Assembly (NCBI GenBank): GCA_965228475.1
Contig: OZ245817.1
Span: 3,360,001 to 3,424,000 of the forward strand
Direction of reading: 5' to 3'
DNA from: Myxococcota bacterium
GTDB lineage: Bacteria > Myxococcota_A > UBA9160 > JAFDDA01
DNA: 64,000 bases
Shown here: positions 47,850 through 56,665 of the stretch, piece after piece
Position numbering within the stretch: position 1 is the first letter of the stretch
How the letters are laid out: each line of letters begins with the position of its first letter
Position numbers and translations under genes: made by a program
Notes under the pieces: model-generated
The model's database searches: none
Told to the model about the DNA's origin: nothing
What the model saw: only the letters and a program-made list of their open reading frames with translations

Positions 47850-48680
47850 CTAGTAGTGGCAGACGAGGCAGTCCTGGCTTGCCCCGTTCTGGCGATGGCA
47901 CTTGATGCACCAACCCATTTCGAGTTTCTGCGTCGGCAGTCCGTAGGCCCACCACTTCGTGTCGGGGACCATGCGCAGCTTGTGCGCCTCCTCGACCGGC
48001 TCGGCGGCCGAGCCGTGACAGGCGTTGCAGTCCAGGCCGGCCGAGATGTGGCGGTTGTGGCGGAACTGGACGTGCTCGGGAACGCGGTGGATCTGCTCCC
48101 ACTCGATGGGCTCCCGGTTCTTCCAGGCATCCTTCAGGATCTGGATGCCCTCGAGCTCGTCGTACTCGGCGGGGAAGTGCTCGTGGCAGCCCATGCAGAG
48201 CTCGACGGAGGGCATGCCCGCCACGGCGGAGCGGTCCGTGCCGCTGTGGCAGTAGAGGCAGTCGATCTCGAACTCACCGGCGTGGTGCGCGTGGCTGAAA
48301 GGGATGGGCTGCTTCGGGCCGTCCGCGTTCTCGTCCCAGGCGAGGTCGTGGGATTCGCAGGCGGACAGCGACGGGAACGGCCGATCGAACTCGGCCGGGA
48401 TCTCGATCTGGAGCGACGGGTTCTCCGCCTTCGCGGCCTTCAGGCGCTGGGCGTCACAGACGCTCTCGGCAACCTGAACTTCGCCGTGGGCCCCCGCGAA
48501 GGGGGCCGCCGTTCGGGATCGGTCGATTCCCGTCATGGCGGAGGCTTCGATGGCGTGGTCGTCGCCGACAGAATCGGCCTGGGCAGGCAAGATGGCGGAG
48601 CCGCCCCATGCCGACAGCGCAACGACCGCCACCCCAGAAAGAAGCACGAAGGCTCGTCCTGTAGAGCGATTGCGGCTCAT
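47850..48680 (-). CDS. actA: Alternative complex III pentaheme cytochrome c ActA
   Basis: QPIPFSHAHHAG; five CxxCH (CLYCH, CMGCH, CNACH, CIKCH, CLVCH); MGWC; start uncertain. Confidence 0.92.
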   Translation of the reverse strand: MSRNRSTGRAFVLLSGVAVVALSAWGGSAILPAQADSVGDDHAIEASAMTGIDRSRTAAPFAGAHGEVQVAESVCDAQRLKAAKAENPSLQIEIPAEFDRPFPSLSACESHDLAWDENADGPKQPIPFSHAHHAGEFEIDCLYCHSGTDRSAVAGMPSVELCMGCHEHFPAEYDELEGIQILKDAWKNREPIEWEQIHRVPEHVQFRHNRHISAGLDCNACHGSAAEPVEEAHKLRMVPDTKWWAYGLPTQKLEMGWCIKCHRQNGASQDCLVCHY

Positions 48681-48837
48681 CCGGAGCGCCGGAATCCTTT
48701 CTAGAGCAACACTCGCGGCCGGATTCTTGGCGGGCGGGAGCGTCTCGGGTCGGTCCAAGGAGGCGCGGGACAGGGTGGCCGTCGACGTCCGGAGGAATCC
48801 GAACCTCGACGCTTCCCCGATAGCGCCGGCGGCGCAT

Positions 48838-48866
48838 TAAGTAGGATGTTCGCCGCATGGCGTCAA
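48838..48866 (-). promoter_or_regulatory. Candidate promoter of the act operon
   Basis: Minus strand TTGACG, 17-bp spacer, TACTTA. Confidence 0.55.
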
Positions 48867-49031
48867 GCGCGAGAAGGCGCAAATCCGACCATTTCCGGCG
48901 CGTTGCGGCGGAATCGACCGGTGCGGAGACGAACGCGGGTTGGCGTCGTCGGCTGTACGGAATGAGATGAAACGAACACCAATTTGGTTCCCTTTTCTTC
49001 GGCGATGACGCCGTGCGGCACCAAGGGAAGC

Positions 49032-49068
49032 TGATAACATGCGGCACCGATTCATGAATCAATGCCGC
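49032..49068 (+). promoter_or_regulatory. Extended -10 promoter with overlapping imperfect 28-bp palindrome
   Basis: TG-A-TAACAT (49032-49040) followed by GCGGCA-CC-GATTCATGAATC-AA-TGCCGC (49041-49068). Confidence 0.6.
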
Positions 49069-49101
49069 GGGCCCCGCCCCGCCCACCTCGCAGGAGCCAG
49101 G

Positions 49102-49266
49102 GTGCCCGAGGTCAGGATCATCGACGCCGTTCGAACCCCTCGCGAAGCGGGAAACGTCCCCCAGGGAACGGACGGAACGGCGGTCCGACGCCCATCGAAC
49201 CCACCGCAACCGCGCCGACCCGGCGCTGCGGGCCACGCGCCCGCGGAACGAGGAAGCCCCGAATGA
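49102..49266 (+). pseudogene. Probable thiolase 5' relic (54-codon ORF)
   Basis: AGGAG SD, GTG, MPEVRIIDAVRTPR matching the thiolase N-terminal IDAVRTP motif, then unrelated sequence; ends in an ATGA overlap with the next gene. Confidence 0.6.
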
Positions 49267-50342
49267 TCGACTTCTCCCCTTCCGAAGAACAGCAGCTCAT
49301 CATCGAGACCGTCCGGCAGTTCGCCGAGAACGAGATCCGCCCCCTCGCCCACGAGGCCGACGAGGCGAAGCGCGCTCCGGAGGCGATCCTCGCCGCGGCC
49401 CACGAGCTCGGCCTCGTCGCCAACGCCTTCCCGGAGGCCCACGGCGGCGGCGGCGAACGAAGCGCCGTGACGGGCGTGCTGATCACCGAGGAGCTCTGCG
49501 CGGGAGACGCCGGCATCGGGCTCGCCGTCCTGACGCCCTCGCTCTCGGGCTTCCCCGTGGCCGACCACGGCAGCGACGCCCAGAAGGGCGCCGTGCTCGG
49601 GAAGCTCACCGGCACGAGCTTCGTCCCGGGCTCCCTCGCCATCGTCGAGCCGCGCTTCGGTAGCGACGCCTTCCAGCCGAAGACGAACGCGAGCGCCGAC
49701 GGCGGCGACTACGTGCTGAACGGCGAGAAGTGCTTCGTGCCCTGGCTCGACGGCGGCGAGCACGTCGTCGTGGTGGCCGAGCTCGAGGGCGCCGCGCGCG
49801 CCTTCGTGGTCGAGCGCAGCGCAGCAGGCCTCTCGACCGAGCGCGAGCAGAACCTCGGCCTCCAGGCCCTCGAGACCGTGGAGCTCCGGCTCGACGGCGT
49901 CCGCGTCCCCGGCGATGCCCTGCTCGGCGAAGGCGCGGTGCGCGAGATCGTGACCCGCGGCCGGGTCGCCCTCGCGGCGGCGGCCGTCGGCGTCGCTCGG
50001 ACGGCCTTCGAGGTCTCCCGGGACTACGCGAAGGAACGCCACGCCTTCGGCGTGCCGATCGCGAGCAAGCAGGCCATCGCCTTCAAGCTCGCGGACATGT
50101 CGATCGAGATCGACGGCGCGCGGCTGCTCGCCTGGGAAGCCGCCTACCGGCTCGACCAGGGCGCCGACGGCCTGCGCGAAGCCACCCTGGCCCTGCAGCA
50201 GGCTTCCCGCATCGCCCTCCAGGTGGCCGACGGCGCCGTCCAGGTGCTCGGCGGACACGGCTACATCCGCGATTACCTTCCCGAGATGCATCTTCGCAAC
50301 GCCCGCGGCTTCAGCACGTTCGAAGCCCTGGCCCTGGTCTAG
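49263..50342 (+). CDS. Acyl-CoA dehydrogenase family protein (FadE24-like short subunit)
   Basis: MIDFSPSEEQ, LNGEKCFV, RHAFGVPIASKQAIAF, VQVLGGHGYI; short C-terminus. Confidence 0.88.
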   Translation: MIDFSPSEEQQLIIETVRQFAENEIRPLAHEADEAKRAPEAILAAAHELGLVANAFPEAHGGGGERSAVTGVLITEELCAGDAGIGLAVLTPSLSGFPVADHGSDAQKGAVLGKLTGTSFVPGSLAIVEPRFGSDAFQPKTNASADGGDYVLNGEKCFVPWLDGGEHVVVVAELEGAARAFVVERSAAGLSTEREQNLGLQALETVELRLDGVRVPGDALLGEGAVREIVTRGRVALAAAAVGVARTAFEVSRDYAKERHAFGVPIASKQAIAFKLADMSIEIDGARLLAWEAAYRLDQGADGLREATLALQQASRIALQVADGAVQVLGGHGYIRDYLPEMHLRNARGFSTFEALALV

Positions 50343-50351
50343 GAGAATCCC

Positions 50352-51584
<1,233 letters not shown>

Positions 51585-51592
51585 GAGGCGCC

Positions 51593-51844
51593 ATGAGCTC
51601 CGTCAGTCAGGAACTTCTCGACATCCTCGTCTGCCCCGAGACCAAGCAGCCCGTCGCGCCCGCCGACGAGCAGACGCTGGCTTCCGTCAACGAGAAGATC
51701 CGTGCGGGCGAGCTGCGCAACCGCGGGGGCAACCCCGTCGAGCACGAACTCGCCGAGGCGCTCCTGCGCGAAGACCGCAAGGCGCTCTACCCCGTCGACG
51801 ACGGGATCCCGGTCATGCTGATCGACGAGTCCATCGAGCTCTAG
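51593..51844 (+). CDS. Trm112/YcaR family protein
   Basis: LLDILVCP...YPVDDGIPVMLIDE; AGGAGG SD. Confidence 0.9.
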   Translation: MSSVSQELLDILVCPETKQPVAPADEQTLASVNEKIRAGELRNRGGNPVEHELAEALLREDRKALYPVDDGIPVMLIDESIEL

Positions 51845-51887
51845 CCGGACCAGCACGCCAGGCAGGAACGTCCCCGGGTCTGACGAG

Positions 51888-52664
51888 CTACTGGGCGAAT
51901 TCGCGGCGCTTGAGTTCGCGGACGTACTCGGCGAGCTCCGGGTCGCCGGCGACCATCTCGGAAACCCGCTCCTCGAAGTCCGCGGCGGTGCTCGCCAGGG
52001 GTTCGAGGTCGAGCTTCAGCTCGAGCGACTGCGCGAGGGTCTGCATGAGCGCGAGCCCGCCGCGCGGGTTGGGCGTCGCGGTGATGTAGTGCGGCAGCCC
52101 GGCCCACAGGGAAAGCACGTCGAGCTCGAGGCGGCGGAACCCTTCGCCGAGCACGCCGACGATGCCCGTCGGCCCCTCGTAGTGCGAGGGCTGCACGCCG
52201 AGCTCCGTGAGCCACTTCTCCTGGGTCGCGAAGCCGCTCACCACGACCGGGCGCGAGTACACGACGTCCGCCAGGTACGCGCCGAGCAGCACGACGCGCC
52301 GGACGCCGAGCTCCTGGGCGTATCCCTCGACGAGGCTGCAGAACTCCCGCCAGCGCAGGTGCGGCTCGGGCCCGACGCCGACGACGATGTCGTGCCCCTC
52401 CCGGAGGCTCCCGAAGTGGAACTCCACCGCGGGCCAGTCGATCTCGCGCACCCCGCCCTCTTCGATGCGCACGCGCGGCCGTTGCACCGTGAGGTCGAGG
52501 AAGGCGTCGCCTTCGATCCGCGCCAGCGGGGCCAGGCCGAGCTGCTCCGCCACGTAGCGGAGCGCCAGGCTCGCCGCCTCCCCGGCGTCGTTCCAGCCCT
52601 CGAAGGCGAGCACGAGCGTCGGGTCGGAGAGCGTCGGCTCGACGCGGCGTACGAGTTCGGTCAC
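51888..52664 (-). CDS. PAC2 (proteasome assembly chaperone 2) family protein
   Basis: AFEGWNDAGEAAS, QRP, GPEPHLRW, YEGPTGIVGVL, WAGLPHY, YVRELK; GTGA overlap with the upstream gene. Confidence 0.88.
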   Translation of the reverse strand: MTELVRRVEPTLSDPTLVLAFEGWNDAGEAASLALRYVAEQLGLAPLARIEGDAFLDLTVQRPRVRIEEGGVREIDWPAVEFHFGSLREGHDIVVGVGPEPHLRWREFCSLVEGYAQELGVRRVVLLGAYLADVVYSRPVVVSGFATQEKWLTELGVQPSHYEGPTGIVGVLGEGFRRLELDVLSLWAGLPHYITATPNPRGGLALMQTLAQSLELKLDLEPLASTAADFEERVSEMVAGDPELAEYVRELKRREFAQ

Positions 52665-53449
52665 TTCTTGCGCCCCGCGGCCACGCGGCGCACGGCGTAG
52701 TTCCCCCGCTCCTCGTCGAAGTCGAGCTCGAGCAGGCCCTGGTCCTCCGCATCCTCGAGCAGGTCCGAGAAGGAGGAGTAGCCGTGATAGCGCTCGTTGA
52801 AGCCCGGGTGCAGACGGCGGATCGCCTGCTTGATCATCGAGCCCCAGACGACGTCGTAGTCGATCGCCATGGACTCGACGACCTCGCACAGGATCTCGAG
52901 CGCCTCGCCCTTCTTCACGTCGGCGGGCTTGGTGCCCTTCTTCTTCGAGGCGGTCGCGCGCTTCTGCTGACCGGCGTCGCGGACGAGGTCGTCGTAGTAG
53001 ATGAACTCGTCGCACGCGGCGACGAGCAGGTTGCTCGTGGACTGCTTCACGCCGCAGCCGATCACGCGCTTGTCGTTTTCCTTCAGCTTCGAGACCAGCG
53101 GCGAGAAATCGCTGTCCCCGGAAACGAGGCCGAAGATGTCGATGTGGGACTTCGCCGCGCACAGATCCATCGCGTCGACCACCATGTGGATGTCCGCACT
53201 GTTCTTCCCGCTCATCTTGCTCTGCGGGATGTCGACCATCTCGACGCCGTTCTGGTGCAGCTCGAGCGCCGACGAGCGGAAGCGGCTCCAATCGCAGTAG
53301 GCGCGCTTGTAGACGATGCGGCCCTTCTCGAGCAGGCGCTTCAAGACCAGGTCGATCTTGAAGGCGGTGCCCTTCTTTCCGCCGGCGGGAATTCCGAGCG
53401 CGAGGTTTTCGAAGTCCACGAAGACGGCGATGCGAGGTTCGGTCGACAT
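52661..53449 (-). CDS. NYN-domain (LabA/DUF88) ribonuclease-like protein with OST-HTH/LOTUS domain
   Basis: VFVDFEN, KNSADI.MVVD, SGDSDF, CDEF; C-terminal PGFNE..GYSSFSDLL. Confidence 0.92.
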   Translation of the reverse strand: MSTEPRIAVFVDFENLALGIPAGGKKGTAFKIDLVLKRLLEKGRIVYKRAYCDWSRFRSSALELHQNGVEMVDIPQSKMSGKNSADIHMVVDAMDLCAAKSHIDIFGLVSGDSDFSPLVSKLKENDKRVIGCGVKQSTSNLLVAACDEFIYYDDLVRDAGQQKRATASKKKGTKPADVKKGEALEILCEVVESMAIDYDVVWGSMIKQAIRRLHPGFNERYHGYSSFSDLLEDAEDQGLLELDFDEERGNYAVRRVAAGRKK

Positions 53450-53512
53450 GGAGCAGAGTGTGGCACGTCGGGGAAGGGAGCGACAGACGGTGGCTCGCCC
53501 CGGTGCGCCTCC

Positions 53513-54208
53513 CTAGCGCACGAAACGGTAGCCGTGGCCGCGCACGGAGACGATGTGCTTCGGGCGGGAGGGGTCGCGCTCGAGATAGCGGCGCAGGCGC
53601 ACGATGAAGCTGTCGACGACGCGCGTCCGCGTGTCGGGCCGGAGGCCCCAGACCTCCTCGAGCAGATCGCCGCGCGGCACCGCCTCGCCCTCGCGCTCCA
53701 CGAGGACGCGCAGGAGCGCCGCCTCCTTGGTCGTCAGCTGGATCCGTTCGTCCCCGGCCTCGATCTCGAATCGGTCGAAGTGGATCTTGGCCGTGCCCAC
53801 GTCGATGCTCGGAAGCGCGCCGTCGCGCTGGGCCCCGTCCCAGCGCCGGCGGCGCAGGACGCTGCGCACGCGCGCGAGGAGCTCCTCCAGGCGGAACGGC
53901 TTGAAGAGGTAGTCGTCGGCGCCGTCTTCGATGCCGCGCACGACGTCCTCGGGGTCGTCCTTCGCCGTCAGGATCAGCACGGGAGTGAAGTTCCCCGCGG
54001 CACGCATCCGCTTCACGACCTCGAAGCCCGAGAGCTCCGGCAACATGAGATCGAGCACCACGAGGTCGTAGGCAGCCTCCTGGCTCACGCGCTCGATCGC
54101 GGAGCGCCCGTCGCCGACGACGTCCGTCTCGTAGCCATCGGCTTCGAGGTTGAACTTCAGACCTTCCGCGATGTGACTTTCGTCTTCGACGACGAGGATC
54201 TTCGCCAC
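53513..54208 (-). CDS. OmpR/PhoB-family response regulator
   Basis: ILVVED, LDLMLP, LTAK, GADDY.KPF, winged helix ending SVRGHGYRF; AGGAG SD. Confidence 0.95.
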   Translation of the reverse strand: MAKILVVEDESHIAEGLKFNLEADGYETDVVGDGRSAIERVSQEAAYDLVVLDLMLPELSGFEVVKRMRAAGNFTPVLILTAKDDPEDVVRGIEDGADDYLFKPFRLEELLARVRSVLRRRRWDGAQRDGALPSIDVGTAKIHFDRFEIEAGDERIQLTTKEAALLRVLVEREGEAVPRGDLLEEVWGLRPDTRTRVVDSFIVRLRRYLERDPSRPKHIVSVRGHGYRFVR

Positions 54209-54216
54209 CCGGTCTC

Positions 54217-55137
54217 CTAGGCCGCCGCGCGTAGCGTGACGACGAAACGGCTCCCCCGGCCCGCGCCCTCGCTCTGGGCCTCGACGCGACCGCCGTGACG
54301 GCGCACGAGGTCGCGCACGATGAACAGGCCGAGGCCGAGGCCCGACGCCGTGCGCTGCACGTCGCGGCCGGCCCGGTAGAAGCGCTGGAAGATCTTGCGG
54401 AGCTCGCGCTGCGGGATGCCGATGCCCTGATCCGCGATCTGCACGCGCACCCGGCGCTCCCCGGCCTCGCTGATGCCGACCCGGACGTCGACGGGCGGGT
54501 CCGAATACTTGACGGCGTTCTCGAGCAGGTTCCGGAAGACGAGGCCGAGCTCGCCCTCGTCGCCGCGCACGAGGGGGTCTTCGTCGGCGTCGAGCCGGAT
54601 CGATTCCGGGTCGAGCCCGTGGCTCTCCCGGATCTGATCGATGCACTCGGCGAGCAGCTCGCGCAGGGCGACCCGCCCCTTGTTCGGCGGCGGGGCCGCT
54701 TCCTCCGCGCGGGCCGCGGCAAGCACGTGGGCCACCGTGCGATCGAGGCGCTCGACGTCCTCGTCCATCATCCCGAGGAAGGACGCGCGACGCTCGGCGT
54801 CCGGGTCGCGGCGGCGCAGGGTGTCGACGGCGAGCCGGAGCGAAGCGATCGGCGTCTTCATCTCGTGGGTCACGGCGTCGAGGAAGGCCTGCTGCCGCTG
54901 GTTGTGCCGCATCTCGCGGATCAACCAGGCGCACAGCAGGACGAGGCCGAGGATCACGAGCCCGAAGAAGATCGAGCCGAGGATCAGGAACCACCAGTTC
55001 GCCGGCGTGAAGCCGCGCGCGACGGAACCGAAATCCGAAACGACGAGGATCTGCCAGCCGACGGCGAGCGCGACGGCGAGCACCGTCGCCACCACGCCGA
55101 TGGCGAGGCGAAACACCATCGAACGCCGGCTCCACAT
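54217..55137 (-). CDS. Sensor histidine kinase with two closely spaced TMs
   Basis: THEMKTP H-box, NLLENAVKYS, DQGIGI, FQRFYR, GLGLGL. Confidence 0.93.
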   Translation of the reverse strand: MWSRRSMVFRLAIGVVATVLAVALAVGWQILVVSDFGSVARGFTPANWWFLILGSIFFGLVILGLVLLCAWLIREMRHNQRQQAFLDAVTHEMKTPIASLRLAVDTLRRRDPDAERRASFLGMMDEDVERLDRTVAHVLAAARAEEAAPPPNKGRVALRELLAECIDQIRESHGLDPESIRLDADEDPLVRGDEGELGLVFRNLLENAVKYSDPPVDVRVGISEAGERRVRVQIADQGIGIPQRELRKIFQRFYRAGRDVQRTASGLGLGLFIVRDLVRRHGGRVEAQSEGAGRGSRFVVTLRAAA

Positions 55138-55177
55138 GCCGGGAGGGTACGATAGAATCGGCGCTCGGGAGAAACCT

Positions 55178-56653
55178 TTGCCCCAGCCGCCGCGCCTCCG
55201 CGCCCTTGCCGCCGCCCCCTTCCTGGCGATCCTCTGCGCCTCCTCCTTCGCCGCGCTTCCCGCCGCGGCCGAGCCTCCGCCCGAAGGCCGCTGCCCCTCG
55301 ATCGCGCCGGCCGGCGCCGGCGGAGCGACCACGGATGCCATCGCCATCCCGATGCGCGAGGGCATGACCCTCACGCTCAAGGACATCTACTCCCTGCACC
55401 ACCTCCTGCCGCGCGAGGTCTGGCGCAACCGCAAGATCTTCTTCCACGAGGGCATGAAGCTCGAGGTGGGGCCCTGCCACCGCCGCTACTCGCTCCCGGT
55501 CTGGTACCACGACGCCACCGAGCGTCACGCCGACGCCGTCTCCCTCGACGACGACGGCAACCTCACGGGCTACCGCGCCGGCGTGCCCTTCCCTCCCGAG
55601 AAGATCCACCCCGAGGATCCGGCCGCCGGCGCGCGCTGGGCCTGGAACCACGTCTACCGCTGGCAGGGCGCCGGCCCGCGCGGGCGTTTCCGTCTGACCG
55701 ACATGCCGAGCCGCATCGGCAGCGTCGAGGTCTACGAGGGGAGCTTCTTCCAGGTCCAGACGGCCCACCGCGCGGACCTCGGCGCGACGAACTACGAGGC
55801 CCCGGAGGCCGAGGGCTACGCCTTCGTCTCCGGCGGCCGCTTCGAGAAGCCCTTCGACGCCCGGCACCTGGCCTGGCGCCAGATGCGCCCCCTCGATTTC
55901 GAGCAGCGCTTCAAGGAGCCGGACACCACCTTCGTCTACGTCCCCTCCATGCGGAAGTCGCGCCGGGGCGCGACGGCCTGGGTCGACGGCCTCTACCTGC
56001 CGACCTACCGCGTCGGCCACATCCAGGCCGGCGGCGGCGTCCCCTTCGGCTCGACGGAGTTCGGCCCGGCGGGCGCGATCAACCCGACGGCGGGCATCTC
56101 CGCAGCCTCGAGCGAGCACATCCGCCGCGGCTTCGTCGGCGTGGCCCTGCGCGCGAACGCCTACAAGTGGCACCTGGTGACGAAGCGCGAGGTCCTCGCA
56201 CCGATCAACACGGTGAACCCCGTGTACCCCGAGAGCGAAGAGCGCAACTTCGGCGAATCCGGCCTCTCCCTCGGCAGCGACCGCTGGGACGTCCGCTACG
56301 CCGTGGTGATCGAAGGCGTCTCCCGCACCGGCAGCAACCCCGTCGGCCGGCTGACCCTCTGGATCGACCATCAGACCGGGCAGCTCCTCTACTACATCTC
56401 GCGCAAGAAGAACCGGCGCATCATCGACATCGGCGTCCTGGCCCACCGCTACAGCGGGGACATCGTCGAGTACCCGGAGTGGCCGGGTGGCGGTCAGGCG
56501 CGCGTGTTCGACCCGGTGGCCGCGTCCTTCTACGGAGAGATCGAGGGCGGCACCGGCTGGCGCCGCGAATCCTGGGACATCCTCTCCATCCCGCCCGACG
56601 CCGCCGAGATGAAGAAGATCCTCTCGACGAGCGACCTGCTGAAGGGGCGCTAG
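55178..56653 (+). CDS. DUF1329-like secreted/periplasmic protein
   Basis: Signal peptide; GYRAGVPFP...DPAAG...WN, FVYVPSMRKSRR, LWID.QT; TTG start inferred. Confidence 0.75.
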   Translation: MPQPPRLRALAAAPFLAILCASSFAALPAAAEPPPEGRCPSIAPAGAGGATTDAIAIPMREGMTLTLKDIYSLHHLLPREVWRNRKIFFHEGMKLEVGPCHRRYSLPVWYHDATERHADAVSLDDDGNLTGYRAGVPFPPEKIHPEDPAAGARWAWNHVYRWQGAGPRGRFRLTDMPSRIGSVEVYEGSFFQVQTAHRADLGATNYEAPEAEGYAFVSGGRFEKPFDARHLAWRQMRPLDFEQRFKEPDTTFVYVPSMRKSRRGATAWVDGLYLPTYRVGHIQAGGGVPFGSTEFGPAGAINPTAGISAASSEHIRRGFVGVALRANAYKWHLVTKREVLAPINTVNPVYPESEERNFGESGLSLGSDRWDVRYAVVIEGVSRTGSNPVGRLTLWIDHQTGQLLYYISRKKNRRIIDIGVLAHRYSGDIVEYPEWPGGGQARVFDPVAASFYGEIEGGTGWRRESWDILSIPPDAAEMKKILSTSDLLKGR

Positions 56654-56665
56654 GCCGAGCGCCCG

